Assembly (NCBI GenBank): GCA_024679065.1
Contig: JAGIQG010000035.1
Coordinates: forward strand, 7,440,001-7,504,000
Source of the DNA: Sphyrna mokarran
Taxonomy: Eukaryota
Direction: 5' to 3'
Length of the DNA stretch: 64,000 nucleotides
Shown here: positions 63,029-64,000 of the stretch, piece by piece
Numbering within the stretch: position 1 is the stretch's first letter
Layout of the letters: every line of letters begins with the position of its first letter
Made by a program: the position numbers and the translations under genes
The notes under the pieces: generated by a model
What the model saw: only the letters and a program-made list of their open reading frames with translations
Told to the model about the DNA's origin: nothing
Database searches by the model: none

Positions 63029-64000
63029 CTGTGGGAGAAAAGCACCCGAAGGAAACCCACACAGACATGGAGGGAATGTGCAGACTCCACACACACAGTG
63101 ATTCAAGGCTGGGAATCAAACCCAGTTCCCTGGCACTGTGAAGCAACAGTGCTAAGCACTGTGGCCCCATGCCTCCCCTTAATAGAGATGGATAAGATTA
63201 TGATAGAATTAGATAACATAGCCAAAGAAAAGTTGTTCCCTTGAGAAGATGGGGAGAGACAGATTTTTCATTTTGGTTGAGAGATGCAATGGGAAAATGA
63301 GGAAGAAACAGTGAGTTAATCATCTGGAACTCACTGTCCACAAGACCTGTGAAGCAAAGAACAAATCAAAGGGAAACTGGATGACTCTCCAAAAGAATAA
63401 ACAGGCAGGGCTCTGGGTTAGATCACACGCTTGAGCCCTGGTGTGGGGCTTTGACCCTTGTGGCCAACTTAACACTGTGAATAGTTTCAGATATCAGTTT
63501 ACTGCATTAAACTTTATCGATTTAGTAATAATTAGTTCTAGGCAATGCACTCACAGTGCGGTATATTCTCGAGTTGGAGTCTGTGAATGAATCATTAATC
63601 AAGAATATTAGAAAAATAAAAAATAAAAGAAATCATCAGAATAGCTGTAAGGTGAAAATGAAGATCATGTTAGGGGACAACGCTGTCCCTTTTCCCTCTT
63701 GTTTGTAACTATTTCTTTCTTTGGCTTGTATTAATCCACGTTCTTTTCACTATATTCTTGGATTTATCAAAGACTTTGGAAGGTATTACTATCAAGTTGA
63801 AGAAGATATGCGACTTGAACTTTCTGCTTATGATTTTTTATTTAATTTATTCGGTAAGATATCTGTTTCTCGATTTAATTCTGTGCCTCTCTCAGTACCT
63901 GTTCCGTCATTGCATTTATTCATGAAGAATGCTCAGCTGATAATTAAAGAAATTTTGATTCATTTGCTTGGAAACTTGAACTAAGGTGATGACCTGGAGG

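Noticed and set aside
63555-63580. 26-nt minus-strand micro-exon (DSNSRIYRT)
   Set aside because: Splice sites are plausible but there are no partner exons or homology
63721-63984. ORF with DFGRYYYQ resembling an Ig F-strand
   Set aside because: Lacks the Cys and all other Ig motifs; no suitable upstream frame

Overview
Eukaryotic, repeat-rich vertebrate DNA. The repeat inventory (HE1/V-SINE-type tRNA SINEs, a DeuSINE, CR1/HER1 and Rex1/Babar LINEs, Penelope-like elements) points to a shark or other cartilaginous fish. Most ORFs in the supplied track are spurious or are transposon relics. The main host feature is a minus-strand, spliced TIM/HAVCR (T-cell Ig and mucin domain)-family gene with an unusual architecture, reconstructed by hand from splice sites. 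It has an ATG exon (32491-32423), a 45-nt leader exon (20175-20131) and four tandemly duplicated phase-1/phase-1 TIM-type IgV exons (17740-17405, 11629-11294, frameshifted 10560-10232, 8317-7988). These are followed by a 59-nt two-Cys exon (5419-5361) and then either a stop exon encoding AKENCDL* (4174-4151) or a further open two-Cys exon (1886-1794). No mucin or transmembrane exon is visible downstream of the V exons. The prediction is a secreted multi-IgV or cassette-V TIM-like protein with a Cys-containing tail. The rest of the window holds a 5-kb inverted Penelope pair with hammerhead ribozymes, several miniature Penelope derivatives, a decayed GalEa-type Copia element with both LTRs and a tRNAiMet PBS, U2 snRNA-headed fragments, and a CR1 family whose 3' UTR contains a captured SINE. 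Exon connectivity is inferred, not observed.
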